Of a stretch of 64,000 nucleotides of DNA, positions 12,443 to 26,865 are shown piece after piece (the first letter of the stretch is position 1; each line of letters starts with the position of its first letter). The stretch is from the human T2T-CHM13v2.0 reference genome, Homo sapiens: the NCBI RefSeq assembly GCF_009914755.1, contig NC_060929.1. One strand, written 5' to 3'. Position numbers and translations under genes: made by a program. The notes under the pieces are model-generated. The model was not told where the DNA came from. It searched no databases and saw nothing but the letters and a program-made list of their open reading frames with translations.

Positions 12443-12984
12443 CCTGAGAACTCGGCACAGGTGTGGGCGCCTACAGCCGAAAGCAAAACGGCCCGCACTT
12501 CCTGCCTCCATCTCAGGAGGCTGAGAGGTCAATAACCCACCTGAGGCCACAAGGCTGAAGCAGCCAGATGGAAAGCAGCTTCTGGGCCTGGCCAGGGTAC
12601 CAGCTGACCACACACACTGAATCACCCAACTCCGAAGCGACAGAAGGGAAGGGCAGCAGCCACGAGGGCTCCAGGTGCCTCGGCCCACACTACTGGAACC
12701 TCAGAAATTTAATGTGGGTAGTTTTTTTGGGTGTTGTAGTTTTAAGGATAAAAAGATGATCAGCCACAAAGGACTGACTTTCAAGGCTGTCAGTCCTGAC
12801 TGTGTGGCATCCAGCACGAGCTGAGGAAAGGCCCGGCGAGCTGCTACAACTGTAGGCCTCGGACCAGGTGCCTGGCTCTTCACCCGCACACCAGGGCCCG
12901 ACGTCCATACTACAGCCCCATGGAAAAACCTCGCATTCCACCTGTTTACGGTTACATGAGTTCTTCTTCCTCTTTAAAAGTATC

Positions 12985-13271
12985 TTTTTTGAGACAAGGT
13001 CTCGCTGTCACCAGGCTGAAAGTGTAGGGGTGCAATCACAGCTCACTGCATCCTCAACCTCCTGAGCTCAAGTGACCTCCCGCCTCAGTCTCCCGAGTAG
13101 CTGGGACTACAGGTGGGCGTGCCACCATGCCTGGCTAACTTTGAAAACTGTTGTAGAGATGGGGTTTTGTCACATTGCCTAGGCTGGTCTTGAACTGCTG
13201 GGCTCAAGTGATCCTCCCGCCTTGGCCTCCCAAACTGCTGGGATTATAGGCATGAGTCACTGTGCCCGGCC
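12985..13271 (-). mobile_element. Alu (AluJ-like)
   Basis: Reverse dimeric Alu with AluJ-type motifs (GCTCAAGTGATCCTCCC). Confidence 0.9.
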
Positions 13272-13293
13272 TCTCCTTAAAAATCTTACGGTT

Positions 13294-13635
<342 letters not shown>

Positions 13636-14733
13636 TCACTACCCAGGAAAGAGTATGTCTCCACCAGGACATCTTAAGTGTCTCTCTTCAGGCAGAGGGT
13701 GCAGGGCTGTGTATTTCTGGTGGAATGTGCACTTGGAGACACTTGAGGCGGAGCTGTGTTAAGAGTGCTCATTCTCCCCACTTCCTCCAGGCTGACACTG
13801 TGCCAGGTCAAATGGAAAACCTCACTAGCTGTCCTTGGTAACTGGTACACGGCCCGGCACGGAAGAGGCAGTATTCATGTCTGGGAAATTAAACCCAGTG
13901 CAGATGAATCCTGAGCATTTTTGAAAGGTGTGGGCAGCTACAACCGAGCGGGCAGCTTGGTCACCAGCACTTCTGGCCTCCCCTTCATGGAGGCAGAGAG
14001 AGGGCAGGAACTGGCTTGAGGTCACAGGCCTAAAGAGGCCAGGCAGAAACCGGCTTGCCAGCGCCTCCAGCTACCCCCAGGGACTGGCTGCCTAGAGGGC
14101 GTGGAGTCCAGCATGAGTCTCAAACTTTCATTATTCTCTCCTCAGATACCTCCCAGGCAATGAAGGGAAATGGTTGACTTGTGAGAAGCAAATCATATTT
14201 AAAAGTATACTTATTCAATTAAAAAAAATTAGGCCATGTCAGATGTAATTTTTAAGATACTCTACATATTTGGACATTGATCTATTCTAACGTCACATGT
14301 CACTTATTTATGATTTTCTACAAAATTGCTTCCTCTATCCTCATCTCTTTTCCCTCACAAGTAACTTAAGCGAACTACTTCCACCAGGAAAAGACAAGTT
14401 GGTCCCCGGTAGTGAAACTGCAGAGTTGTCTGCTCTCCACTGGTTCACCAAGCGTGGCCCCTGCTCCTTCGGAGCCTCCCCGTCCAGGACATCCCACTGC
14501 CATCACACTCTGCTGAGAACTACTTCTTAAACGACATTCATCACCTGTCACCTTCCAGGCTGAATGTTTACAGGCCACGCATAGGCCTCCAGTTAGGATA
14601 TTCTACCACTTCAAGACATTCGGTAAGACTAGTTCTCTAAAATAAACATGTTATGTACAGAAAGCTAACTTTTAAACAATCTGAACATGAGTAATGTTTT
14701 CCCTTTCACTGGCATTTTGTCCTACACCCATAC

Positions 14734-14834
14734 CTTTCAAATTTGGACTCCACATCAAAGTCTTCCACATTCAAGACCAGGTCGATGTTGTTCTCAGCAC
14801 CCAGGTGGGACCTCGTCGTGGTGTACACGCTCAG
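14734..14834 (-). CDS. CLPTM1L: CLPTM1L coding exon 2 (101 bp)
   Basis: Acceptor TTCCAG|CTG, donor AAG|GTATGG; LSVYTTTRSHLGAENNIDLVLNVEDFDVESKFE(R); ends in phase 2. Confidence 0.97.
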
Positions 14835-15062
14835 CTGGAAAGGAGGGGGCGTCGAGAGTCAGCTCGGCCAGGCCCTGGCAGGACGCACTCAAATCCCACG
14901 GCCAGCTGGAGGGCGGAAGACCTGGCCGCTGGGGAACCAGGAAAGGTTCCATCTCGACTCGCGCGGCCACAGCTCCGAACTGGGACGGGAAGGCGACGTC
15001 TGGGGCCTGGAGGAGAGGCCCCCACCCCAACCCGCCCGGCCCCCGGCCCCGCGGACGCTCAC

Positions 15063-15224
15063 CTGCAGCTTGGGCCGCCGCGCCAGGTAGGGCTGGATGC
15101 AGTTGGCGTCGCCGGAGCACGGGCGGGTGTAGACGATGCCGTACATGACCCAGCAGGTGTGCACCACGTAGACCACGAACACGCCCACCACCAAGCTGGT
15201 GAAGGAGCTGCGGCCGCTCCACAT
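15063..15224 (-). CDS. CLPTM1L: CLPTM1L coding exon 1 (162 bp, aa 1-54)
   Basis: GCCGCC-ATG start; translates MWSGRSSFTSLVVGVFVVYVVHTCWVMYGIVYTRPCSGDANCIQPYLARRPKLQ, the recognised CLPTM1L N-terminus; donor CAG|GTGAGC. Confidence 0.98.
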
Positions 15225-15317
15225 GGCGGCCCCGCGCCCGGCGCCCCCGGCCCGCCCGCCTCTCAGCCGCGAGCCCCGCCCGCCCGGCGCCCAGCCCGCC
15301 GCTCCGGGCTCCGCCGC

Positions 15318-15401
15318 TCACTGGAGAGCCGCCGCGCGCCACCGCCACCGCCGCGGGGGAACGAATGCGCCGCGCGCCGCAGACCGCCGGCCGCCCCGCA
15401 T
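15318..15401 (-). other. Candidate upstream ORF (27 aa) in the CLPTM1L 5' leader
   Basis: GGAGC-ATG at 15401 to TGA at 15320-15318; MRGGRRSAARGAFVPPRRWRWRAAALQ*; same frame as the main ATG. Confidence 0.55.
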
Positions 15402-18361
15402 GCTCCGGCCCCGCTCCCACCTGGCGCCGCGGGATTCGCCGGCCCCGCGCGCCGCTTCCGGGCCCCGCCGCCTGCCGGAAGTGGACGCGCCGCGCGGCTC
15501 CCTGGGAAACGGAGTCTCGGCCGCTGCCGCGCACGCGCATCCAGGATGCGGCGCGTGTGTGACGTTACCCGCCCGCGCCGCCCTCCTGGGGTGCCTCTCA
15601 GGGACCCAGGCGCTCAGCTGCTGGGGCCGCGGAGGGCGTTCGCGGGGCGCCGGGGAAGGCTAGGGCCGCGGGGTCCCCGGGGCGCCGTCCCCAACCGCCG
15701 ACGCCTGCCAGACCACCAAGTGGGGGCCATGTCGACGTGTGGGGAGCCTGGTGGAAGGTGATACTGGAATTCCGGCACTGGGCCTGCAACCCTTTTAGTC
15801 CACAGTTGTCAGAATCTAAAGGGAAGAAAAACGAAGTGCTCAGAACCCTCACAGAAGCCGGGCACCTCATCCCGTGTGTGGGTTTTTTCCCCAGTACAAA
15901 CCCATTGTGGGGACAGGCGCTTTTGAAGAAAAAATTCAGATTCCCGGGCTGAAGTGGCTCCTCACAGCCTTGAACCTGACCCCCAGCTTCCCGCTAAAGC
16001 CGAGCGTGCCCAGCACGGCGAGGTCAGCAGAGGCCCCTCGGAGGGCGGCCGGGGGAGGTCAGTGGGAGGCCCTCGGGCAGCCGGTGGATGGGCCGGCGAC
16101 CTCCCCGACTCCATCAGAAGCGCTCAGTCTGTGCCCTTCAGTTACTGGAGCAGCTCCCGTCCTTTGGCCAGTTCTCTGGAAGGTCGTTTCCGTTTCTGTG
16201 TCTGCCACACGTGCAGCACAATCGAAAAACCTTGTTCGACATTTCTAGAAAGAGTAGATGCTACTGAAGACCCAATAGATTGCTGAGGGTTTTCAGAGCA
16301 GGGACAATTGCATCAGGGTGCTGGGCTCCGGGAAGAACTCAGAGGACTTGGCTGACGGGCGGATGGGACAGTGATTGGTGCCGAGAATGGGCCAGAGAAG
16401 CAGGTCTGCCTGGAGCAGGCACCCGAGGCCGCGTGCAGGGGCGGTCCTGGGCCACCAACCCCTGGAAGCTGGGCCAGGAGCTTCGGAGCCATCCGAGGCT
16501 TTTTTCGCTCCTCTCACTCTCATGCACCTAGTTACCCTCCCCACAGAGTCTTCTCACGGCGCGGTTTTCGCCTACCATTGCAGTGGTGTCTGACTACACC
16601 CAGTGCCTCTATCGTTCCCCCCTCAGTCTGTTCTCGCTTCTTGGCAAACCTGTCCTTGGAAAGCCCTCTGCTGACTCCTGTTACCCTGATCAAATGCATC
16701 CTCCTCAGGAGGCTCGTGAGCCCTTTGCAGGGTGGCCCAAGAGGCATCACGCCCTGCTCTCCAGCCACTCTTGGGGTCCCCTACAGGGCCAGGCGTCCCA
16801 CACCAGCAGCGGGTGCTGGTCCTGCCACAGTCTGTGCGACACGTGAATGAAGGCTGTAGACCTGTGGTCTGCGGGAGGCAAATTCCAACTCCAGCTGTCA
16901 AACATAAGGGGACTGGTAGGCTCTCCAGGGTGGATTGTCTCACGGCATCCAGAGGCAGGGACCGAGGCAGGGACCTAGCCAGGCCTCGGGAAGGAGCTGC
17001 AAACCCAGGAGCTCTGGGGTGTGGCTTCATCTCCCTCCCTCCCTACCACCCTACCCCCATCTCTCCGTGTTCTTCAGATGCCTCATTTTCCTGTCAGGCA
17101 CCTGGCCAGCTCTAGGAGCTGGAATCAGGTTGGTGCCTCCTTGGTCAGTGTCCACCCCTAGTGTCATCCACAGTGACCAACGGAAGGGGTGGCCGGTGGT
17201 ACAGGACATTGGCCATCTTGGGAAAGATCACAGAGACAGGAAGGGCCTCTCCAGCTGAGCAGATGAGAGGTTCTTCAGTGGTCTGGACACATTTGCCCAC
17301 TCATGGCCGTCCCCCTGCCCTGTTGAGAGAACCGATGAGGAAAGGGAGCCCTGCATCTGTCGCCTTCCGACTCCGACCGCCTGAGGCTGGGCTGCTGGCA
17401 AGCCGCGGCAGCATATGACAGCACTTGAAAGAAAGTCCCTGGAAAGAATGTGGATCATTGCAGAACTCCCTCAAGAAAGCGCCAGAGGAGGACCCCATTC
17501 AGCACCCCGCAGAACTCCTCAAACTCCTGCGTCCACACTCCCCCAGCGTGGTGGCTGCTTCTATCTCCCCAGGCTTAGCTGGCCTGGGTCTTGAAGGCCT
17601 CTCCTCCTGCTGTCCCCACGCAGCATCCTCTCTGCCACTGCACAGCTGGATGCAGTGAAGGCCAGGCGGCTGTGGCTGCTTGGGCAACAGGAGCTGCTTG
17701 ACCCTGTTCTGCTGGCCTTGTTGGCCTCACTCCCGTAGAGAGCCAAGGTTACCCACGTCTCTGAAGCTAAGGCTTTCTTTCTAGGCCTGGGGGAGTCACA
17801 TCTTGCATTCGTACTCACTGAGCTCCACGTCTATGGTTAGAGAATTTATCAACATTTTATAATGCTTTTATCAATTCCATCATTTGAGGGCCCTCTGGCA
17901 AGGAACCTGTTAGTACATGGAGTGCCTGGAATGTTCCAGAAAGCTAACATGAACAGCTGGCCCTTGCTGTCCTTATACATTGAGGACTCCAAAGGCCACT
18001 CAGGATGACAGGAAATGCAGGCTCCAAAAGATTCGGTTCCTTTGTGAGGCCCTCGGGCAGTGGTCAGACACGAAGGAAATAGGAAATCACCCCCAAACCA
18101 CACCTCTCCCTATGAGGCCACAGCTGCCGATGCAGCCTTGGGAGGGGGATGGAGGGAGAGAGGAGGGCATCTGAATGTGGACACACCCTGCTGTGAGGGC
18201 TGTGGGCGGTCCTGAGACTGGAGCCAGCCCCCAGGCTCAGCTCAGCTCGGGGACCTCGTGCCCGGGCTTTCCTGGGGAGGAAGGTGTTGGATCTCCTGCC
18301 TCTCTGTATTCATTCACACTTTGGGTTTCTCTCTCTTCCGCGCATTCTAACATCTGCAGGA

Positions 18362-18651
18362 TTTTTTTTTTTGAGACAGAGTCTCGCTCTGTTGCCCAGG
18401 CTGGAGTGGAGTGGTGCGATCTCAGCTCGCTGCAAGCTCCGCCTCCTGGGTTCACGCCATTCTCGTGCCTCAGCCTCCAGAGTAACTGGGACCACAGGCG
18501 CCCGCCACGACGCCCAGCTAATTTTTTGTATTTTTAGTAGAGACGGGGTTTCACCGTGTTAGCCAGGATGGTCTCGATCTCCTGACCTTGTGATCCGCCC
18601 GCCTCGGCCTCCCAAAGTGCTGGGATTACAGGCGTGAGCCACCGGGCCTGG
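18362..18651 (-). mobile_element. AluY
   Basis: Diagnostic TGCAAGCTCCGCCTCC...GTTCACGCCATTCTC; TSD ACATCTGCAGGATTT. Confidence 0.92.
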
Positions 18652-19460
18652 CACATCTGCAGGATTTATGGATGAAGGGCCACAAACCCACATTTGGTCT
18701 CATTCAACAGATGTTGTGTCGGCAGGGCGAGGTGGGACTCTGTCTCTGCCCACGCTACCTGCCCCTGGGGTTGTAGTTCTAGGAAAGCAAGTCTCAGACT
18801 GAGTTTTGATCTGGATTAAATTCTGTCCCAGGTGCAGATATTTATAGGAAAGCAGGGACAAGAGCCCTCAGGCAAAGCTGGGTATCCTGCGATGGGTGCC
18901 TCTGGGAGTTCGCAGATAACAAGGCCTTTTCCTGGAGGCAAAGCAGAAGCGTTCTGTGGCAGACCAGTCAGCTTTCTAGCAGGTCAGGGGCAGGGACATC
19001 TAGGCCCAAGGTGTCACACCGTGCCTGGCTGCTGGCTCTCCTCTTGCAAGGTCACAGCTCTTACAGGACTTCCTAGCCCACCCAAGAACATCTTTCCATC
19101 ATCGAAAAGTTATTGATAAGATTTTTCCATCACTGAAAAGTTATTGATAAGTGCCACCATGTGCATGAGCAGCCCTCCAGGTGCTGGCTTGTGGGCCGGT
19201 GTTTGAGAATCTTGCCAGTTGAATGTGGGCATCTGTTGAGGGTTTCCCAAAGGCTAACCGTTCGTGCCAGAGGGAGGCCGTGGCTCATTCCTAGGGCCCT
19301 GGGTGAGACTGGGGCTCATGCACACACAGGTATCGATGGCATGGGCTGTAACGAGCTGAGTGCCTGCTGCCCTTTCCTAGTGGCGGGGGTGGGCTCCTGG
19401 AGAAAGAGGGGAGGCTGCTACTCTCCAGGGCCACAGGGAGCCCAGAACGCCACCTCCTGG

Positions 19461-20370
19461 TGTCAGCAGCAGCAAATCCATATAAGTCTGCAGCAACTTA
19501 GCTTTTGCCTCCTCAGAGGAAATAATTCATCCAGGGGGCACAAGGCAGGGTCAGAGACTGAGGTAAGTTTCAGAGCAAGAGTGAAAGTTTATTAAAAAAG
19601 TGTTAGAGCAGGAACGAAAGGAAATAAAGTACACTTGGAGGAGGGCCAGGTGGGCATCTTGAGAGAGCAAGTACACGGTTTTGACCTTTGACTTGGGGTT
19701 TATATCTTGGCATGCTTCTGGGGGCTGCGTCCCTTCTCCCCTGATTCTTCCCTTGGGGTGGGCTGTCCGCATGCGCAGTGGCCTGCCGGCACTTGGGAGG
19801 GCCGCGTGCACAGTGTGCTTACTGGAGTTGTGCGGTGCCCTCTTGAGGCAGTCTTCCCTTACCAGTTCCTAGGGGAAGGTCACACGCTGGTTAAACTTTG
19901 CCACTTTGCCTCGTAGTGTGCATGCTTGACCTCACTCACCAACTCCTGAGATTTTTTTTAAATTTTTTAATTTAAGTTCTAGGGTACATGTACACAACGT
20001 GCAGGTTTGTTACATAGGTATGCATGTGCCATGTTGGTTTGCTGCATCCATTAACTCGTCATTTACATTAGGTATTTCTCCTAATGCTATCCTTCCCACC
20101 CCACGACAGGCCCTGGTGTGTGATGTTGCCCGCACTGTGTCCAAGTGTTCTCATTGTTCAATTCCCACCTGTGCCAACTCCTGGGATCTTATCGGGAAGT
20201 GGCTCATCATCAGCTTTAGGTGTTTTCTATCTATTGGGAGCCTGCCTTTCTCTGGCACCAGCTGCAACCAATAATTATTTTAGACAGTTTAACAACAGCT
20301 TGACCATCACCTGATGATCACCTGACATTTCTGTTGGGGCGCGGGCCCATCTCCTGCCCCGCTCATGTGG
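19461..20370 (-). mobile_element. MER50-like ERV1 solo LTR, interrupted by an L1
   Basis: Matches the reverse complement of the recalled MER50 consensus (TCTGCAGCAAC...TTGCCTCCTCAGA..AAGTTTATTAAAAA; TTATCGGGAAG..TTTCTATCTATTGGGAG..CCAAT.ATTATTTTAGA). Confidence 0.75.
19952..20174 (-). mobile_element. 5'-truncated L1PA 3' end inserted in MER50
   Basis: TAAGTTCTAGGGTACATG..CACAACGTGCAGGTTTGTTACATA, the L1PA 3' UTR; TSD CCAACTCCTG(A/G)GAT at 19939 and 20175. Confidence 0.9.
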
Positions 20371-20517
20371 GGCTCAGTCTGCCCAACCTTTCCCCAAGGG
20401 CCTGTCTTTACTTCATTTGTGGTAAGCCCCAAGCAGAATGGACTCTTGTTATGATCCCAGGAACTGCTCACGGCCACCTCTGTGGATGAACACCTAGCGG
20501 CTGCTCTAAATACATGC

Positions 20518-20943
20518 TGTGAAAGTTGTCAGAATCAAAATGGAGTCACTAATGTTAAGAAAGCCCTGACAAAGAGTTGGTGGGGAAGGCCATGAAGAGA
20601 GGACACTTATGCTTGCATGCCTGATACCAGAAAGGACTACAAAAACCACAACCCGGCACAGAGGCCATCACACCCTTACACAAAAAATATTTCTGCAAGG
20701 ACAACTGCCCAGCAATTGCCTGTCCAACCTCAGACTGGAATGACCTTTGTTATTGATGTTTGTAGCCAAGGAGAATTATCTCAAAACCACTGTGATCCTG
20801 CTCGCTTTTCCTTTAAAGACCTTTGTCTTCCTTGACCTCCCTGAATAGGCATATGGTTTACTATGGCGTGTGTACTCTCCTTGTAATGTTCTGTTCTCAA
20901 GCTAACATCTATTCTTCTAGAGAACCTCTCTCTTAGGCTGACA
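20518..20943 (+). mobile_element. ERV1 solo LTR (MER65-like)
   Basis: Begins TGTGAAAGTTGTCAGAATCAAAATGGAGTCAC and ends TGACA; 4-bp TSD ATGC/ACGC. Subfamily name is from memory. Confidence 0.7.
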
Positions 20944-21251
20944 ACGCTGTGGATCTGGGCTCCCAGGAACTGGGGCTGACATCAGAGGGGTGGAAAGAGA
21001 ACAGCAGCTCTCCCTGAGGGGATGCTTGCCAAGGATAAGGAGACGATGGTTCTCTAAGGATTATTTTATATTCATCTAAAAGGGTATTTTTGTTGTTACC
21101 CCTAGCCTTTTTTCCCTTTTAATTTTCTGATGAATAATTTATATAAAGAAAACCCATTCTAAGTGTGCAATTCTATGAGTTTTGACAAATGTCTTCACCC
21201 ATGCAAATCCTGTTACAACGGAGATATAGAACATTTCCATTACTTAAAAAC

Positions 21252-21547
<296 letters not shown>

Positions 21548-21852
21548 CTTCCTTCTTGCCCCTTTGCAGCCAGACTGTTTTCTGTCATTGTGGATGCATC
21601 TGTTCTAGAAATTTACATGGATGGAATCACTCAGTCTTTTGTATCTGGCTTCTTTTACTTGGCACAGTGTTTGTGAAACTCATCATTGTTCCACATAACA
21701 GTAGTTCCTTTTAATTGCCAAGTGGCATTCCTTGGTGTGAATGCACCACAGCTGGGCTAGCCACCCAGATGCTGATGGGCAGTCGATAGGCAGTAGGATG
21801 TCCCCATTTTCAGTCACTATGAATTGGTCTGCTGTAAGCACTAGAGTAGAAA

Positions 21853-22127
21853 TTTTTTTTTAGAGACAGGGTCTCGCACCGTCATCCAGGCTGGAGGGCA
21901 GTGGCTCATAGCTCACTGCAGCCTCAAACTCCTGAGCTCGGGCAATCCTCCCACCTCAGCCTCCCAAGTAACTGAAACTACAGGCACACACCACTACACT
22001 TGGCTAATTTTTAAACTTTTTGTAGAGACGGGGTCTTGCTGTGTTGCCCAGGCTGGTCTTGAACTCCTGGGCACAAGCAATCCTCCCACCTCTCAAGTAG
22101 CTGTAATAGGTGTAAGCCACTGCCCAG
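21853..22127 (-). mobile_element. Alu (AluJ-like)
   Basis: Reverse Alu. Confidence 0.88.
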
Positions 22128-23929
22128 CACCATTTATTGAAGAATCTGTCCTTTCCACAGTGAGTGTGCTTAGCACCTTTGTTGGAAATCAGTCGGCTGT
22201 AGAAAGCGGATTAATTTCTGGGCCCTCTGTTCTGTTCCATTGGTCTGTGTGTCTGTTTTTATGCCAGTTCCATGCTGTTTTGGTTACTGTAGCTTTGTAG
22301 TGTATTTTGAGTCTGGGAGTGTGATGCCTCCAGCTTTGTTCTTTTTGTTCAGGATGGCTTTGGCTGTTTGGGGTCTTTTGTGGTTCCATACAAATTTTAA
22401 TATTATTTCTTTTTCTAAAAAGAATGCCATTGGTATTTTGATAGGCATTGCCTTAAATGTGTAGATTACCTTGGGTAGCACAGTCGTTTTAACAATATTA
22501 GTTCTTCCAATCCTTGAGCATGAGATGTCTTCTCATTTGTTCATATCCTCTTCAGTTTCTTGCGTCAGTTTTTTGTAGTTTTCCTTGTAGAGGTCTTTCA
22601 CCTCTTTTGTTAAATTTATCCCTAGCTATTTTATATTATTTGTTGCTATTGGAAATAGGATTGCCTTCTTGATCTCTTTTTCAGCTAGGTTTTTGTTTGT
22701 GTATAGAAATGCTACTGATTTTTGTATATTGCCAGGGGCAGCCTGTGGGACTTTTTCTTAGGCCCTTATTGGAGGCACAGAGCCATTGGGCAGGCCAGGG
22801 GCGTACCTGCAGGTGGGGGTGCCGTGGGGCTGATTTTCAGGCCCTGAGCTCCTGCTGTCAGTTGCTTGGAGGCTGGTGGGGCCTATGTGGGGAGACCTGC
22901 AGCTGTTTGGCTCAAGGGTGGGTTTGCTGCAGGTGGGAGGAGCAGACAGCTGGAAGAGCTGCGGTGGGGATGGGTTTCCCTGCTGTGCAGGACCAGAGTC
23001 ACAGCTAAGCCTGGGCCCAAGCTCTATGCAGCTGGGGTTGTGGTGTTCAGCTGCCCATGTGGGCTTGGTGGCATGAAAGTGGAGCCCCAGTGCTGGAGAG
23101 GTGCAGGTGCTACTGGCCCCAGGGCAGAGCCCCTCCAGATGCAATAGCAGCTTGGCTCATGGCATGGGTGTGGGGTGGGAGGTGCACACCTTTTGCTCCT
23201 AATCGGGGGAACACTGCTGTGAGAATTCCCTGCAGTGCTCCCAACTGGGCTCAGGGCTTGCAAGGACTGTGGGTTCTCCTGCAGCAAGGACTGCCAGCAT
23301 TTGCTGTAGCAGTGGCAGCTGGTGGAGATCTGCTTACCTTTTCCTTGCCACTGGAAGTCCCTCTTTGCTTCTAGGTCAAACTGGTGGGTGAGGAAGACTG
23401 GGCAGCAGACGCCACCTGGGCTTCCGAGCACCACAGGGGTGTCTCCGGCCTCTGCTGCAGTCCAGCACTCTGCCTTCGACGCTCCAGTCAAATTGTCACT
23501 GTCAACTTGTTGCCTTGATCCTTCTTTGTGGGGAGGAGGGGATGAGCGCCAGACAGTTCTAGTCAGCCCTGTTGCCAACACCACTCTCCTTCTGGTGACT
23601 TTCAAAGAGAAAAGTTGAACATTTTTACTACACCCAACGTAATCATGTTTCAGTGATAAGAGTTTTTGAATTTTGCTGTATGTGTTTTGAATTTCTGTTA
23701 GTAGGAGCATACTCATTTGGGGTCATTGTGTCCTCTTGATGTCTTGACCCTGTTGTCTTTGTTTATCCCTGGTGATGTTCTTTGTTCTGACATCTGCTTT
23801 GTGTCGTGTCAACATAACTACTTCAGCTTTCTTTTGACAGCGCTTCCCTGGCATGCCCTTTTCTCTCCTTTAACTTTTAACCTACCTGTGTTTTAAATAT
23901 ACATATGTATCTATCTGTCTATCTACACA

Positions 23930-24531
<602 letters not shown>

Positions 24532-25968
24532 TAACCTATCTGTGTATTTATATTTAAAACGGGTTTCTTGTAGGCGGCTTAGAGTTAGTTCTGTATTTCA
24601 ATCAACAATCTCTGCCATTTAATTAGAGTGTTACATCATTTAAATTTAATTATCAATGTTTTCTTATTTGTCCTATTCATTCTTTGTTCTTTTTCCTCTT
24701 TTTTCTTCCTTCTTTTAGAATTATAAATTTATCTTTTTTGGATTCAAATATGTCTTCTTATTGGCTTTTCAGCTAGATCTTTTTGCTTTACTTGTTCAGT
24801 GTTTTTTTCTACAATTGTCAATTTGCAGCTTAAACTTAAGCTAGTCTACTTCCAGATATTATAACCCTTCATGTGGATTTTAATGACTTTAAACAGTAAC
24901 GTTCCATTTCTGTTCTATTCCTTTCTTTATTGTCATACATTTCACTGTCACGTGAAATACAGCTGATATATACCCTTTAGCCTCAATAACTTCCTTTAGC
25001 ATTTTGTGTTATGCAGATCTACTGAAAATGGATTCTACCAATTGTCATTTGTATGGAAATATCCTTAATTTGCCCTCGTTTTTTGAAAGATATTTTCACT
25101 AATTCTCTAGGTTGATGGGCACTTTTTCTTCTGTCATGTTAAATCACATCGTTCAGTCCACTGTCTTCTGACTTGCATTGCTTCTGATGACAGATTGGCA
25201 GCTGTTCTTCTGTGTTTCTTTGTGTTTTGTGTGTATTTGTCTGGCGCTTTTGCCTTGTCTGTCCTGCTTGGGGCTTACTGAGCTTATCAATCTGTGAGAT
25301 TCAAGTTTGAAAATGTTGCAGTGAAGGTTTCTTCAAATATTTCTCTGCCTGCCTCTTCCTTTTGGGACTCCAGTTATATGTATATGAGCTGCTTGATGCT
25401 GTTTCAATGTCAGTGAGGTTCTGTTTATGTTGAAACTTTTCTCCCGTCTCCGTGCTTAGGTTTGAATACTTTCTAATGCTTGTATTCAAGTTCACTGGTA
25501 TTTTTCTGCAGTTTTCAAACTGCTGCTAAGCTCATATTATGAATTTTTCATTTCAAAGGTATTTTTCATCTCAGAGGTTCCATTTAGTTATATATATACA
25601 TAATATATTTTGCCAGGATATATCCTTTGGTTAAAAAAAAAGTCTGTAGGTATTAAAAGCAGGGTTACGTTGAATGACCTTGAACATCCATTTTCTGATA
25701 TTTTGTGACTTTAAGGTAGCTGCTTAGAAGTGGAATTGAAGGATGCAGTTGTGAATGCACACAGGTCTTTCCGGGCATCTCTGAGCTTCTTCCCGCAGGG
25801 GCTGTGCTGTTTGCATCCCAGCAGCAAAGCATGAGGTTGTGTGTTTCCCTGCAGCCTCCCCATCAAGGTGTGCTGGTGACCTTGTGGAGTTTTGCCAACC
25901 TGTTAGGAGAGATGTTGTAACTCAGTGTTTTCATTTCTAATTCTCGGATCATGAAAACTAACAGGCTT

Positions 25969-26361
<393 letters not shown>

Positions 26362-26865
26362 TCAGCACTTGGGAGACAAGCCCTGTAGGATTCATTCAGT
26401 AAAAATAAAATCCTACGAAGTGAATTTGTAGGCTTGGGGAAGTGTGGACAATGCAGTTTGGGCATCACCTACGTACAAGCAGAATTCGCAGGAACAGCTC
26501 CTGGGCATTGGGATGAAACATGGCCCCTGCCATCTGCTTCTTGGTGTCAGGCCGGCCTCCTGCTTCCCGCCTTTGTTGCCAGCGTGGAGGAAGCAGAGGT
26601 CAGGGAGGCAGTCACTGCTTGTCCCTGACACGGGACTCAGTCTCCAGACAAGGCGGCTGCTCTCAGTGTCCTGTCTCATGACTCCAGGAAGGCCCCTCTC
26701 TGTAGAGTGTCAGCAAGTGCCCACGACCCACCCACAGAGCAGCTGAGCAGTGCCTAGCGCGCAGGGCAGGCCACACGGCGCCACCATCAGAGCACGAGAA
26801 CAGAAGGGCTGGGGGCCGTGGGAGCCTGGGCGGGCCAGGGTAACGAAGAGCCCGCCGTCGGTCTC

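Larger units (their letters stand above)
14850..16100 (-). promoter_or_regulatory. CLPTM1L: CLPTM1L CpG-island promoter and 5' UTR
   Basis: Very high GC and CpG density around exon 1; ETS/GABP motifs CCGGAAGT (15475-15482) and CTTCCGG (15455-15461); NRF1-like GCGCACGCGCA (15529-15539); CRE half-site TGACGT (15560-15565); no obvious TATA box. Confidence 0.85.

Noticed and set aside
14694-15761. 355-aa plus-strand ORF (and the 248-aa minus ORF 14794-15540) over the CLPTM1L promoter
   Set aside because: Pro/Arg/Ala/Gly-rich products of a stop-poor CpG island, antisense or out of frame to real exons, with no recognisable domain.
16550-17800. Possible very old ERVL-like internal remnant or an unannotated exon upstream of CLPTM1L
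   Set aside because: Only vague peptide resemblance; it cannot be supported without an HMM search.
19093-19150. Short local duplications (also at 8668-8718, 38438-38483 and 58385-58467)
   Set aside because: Ordinary slippage-type duplications with no sign of function.
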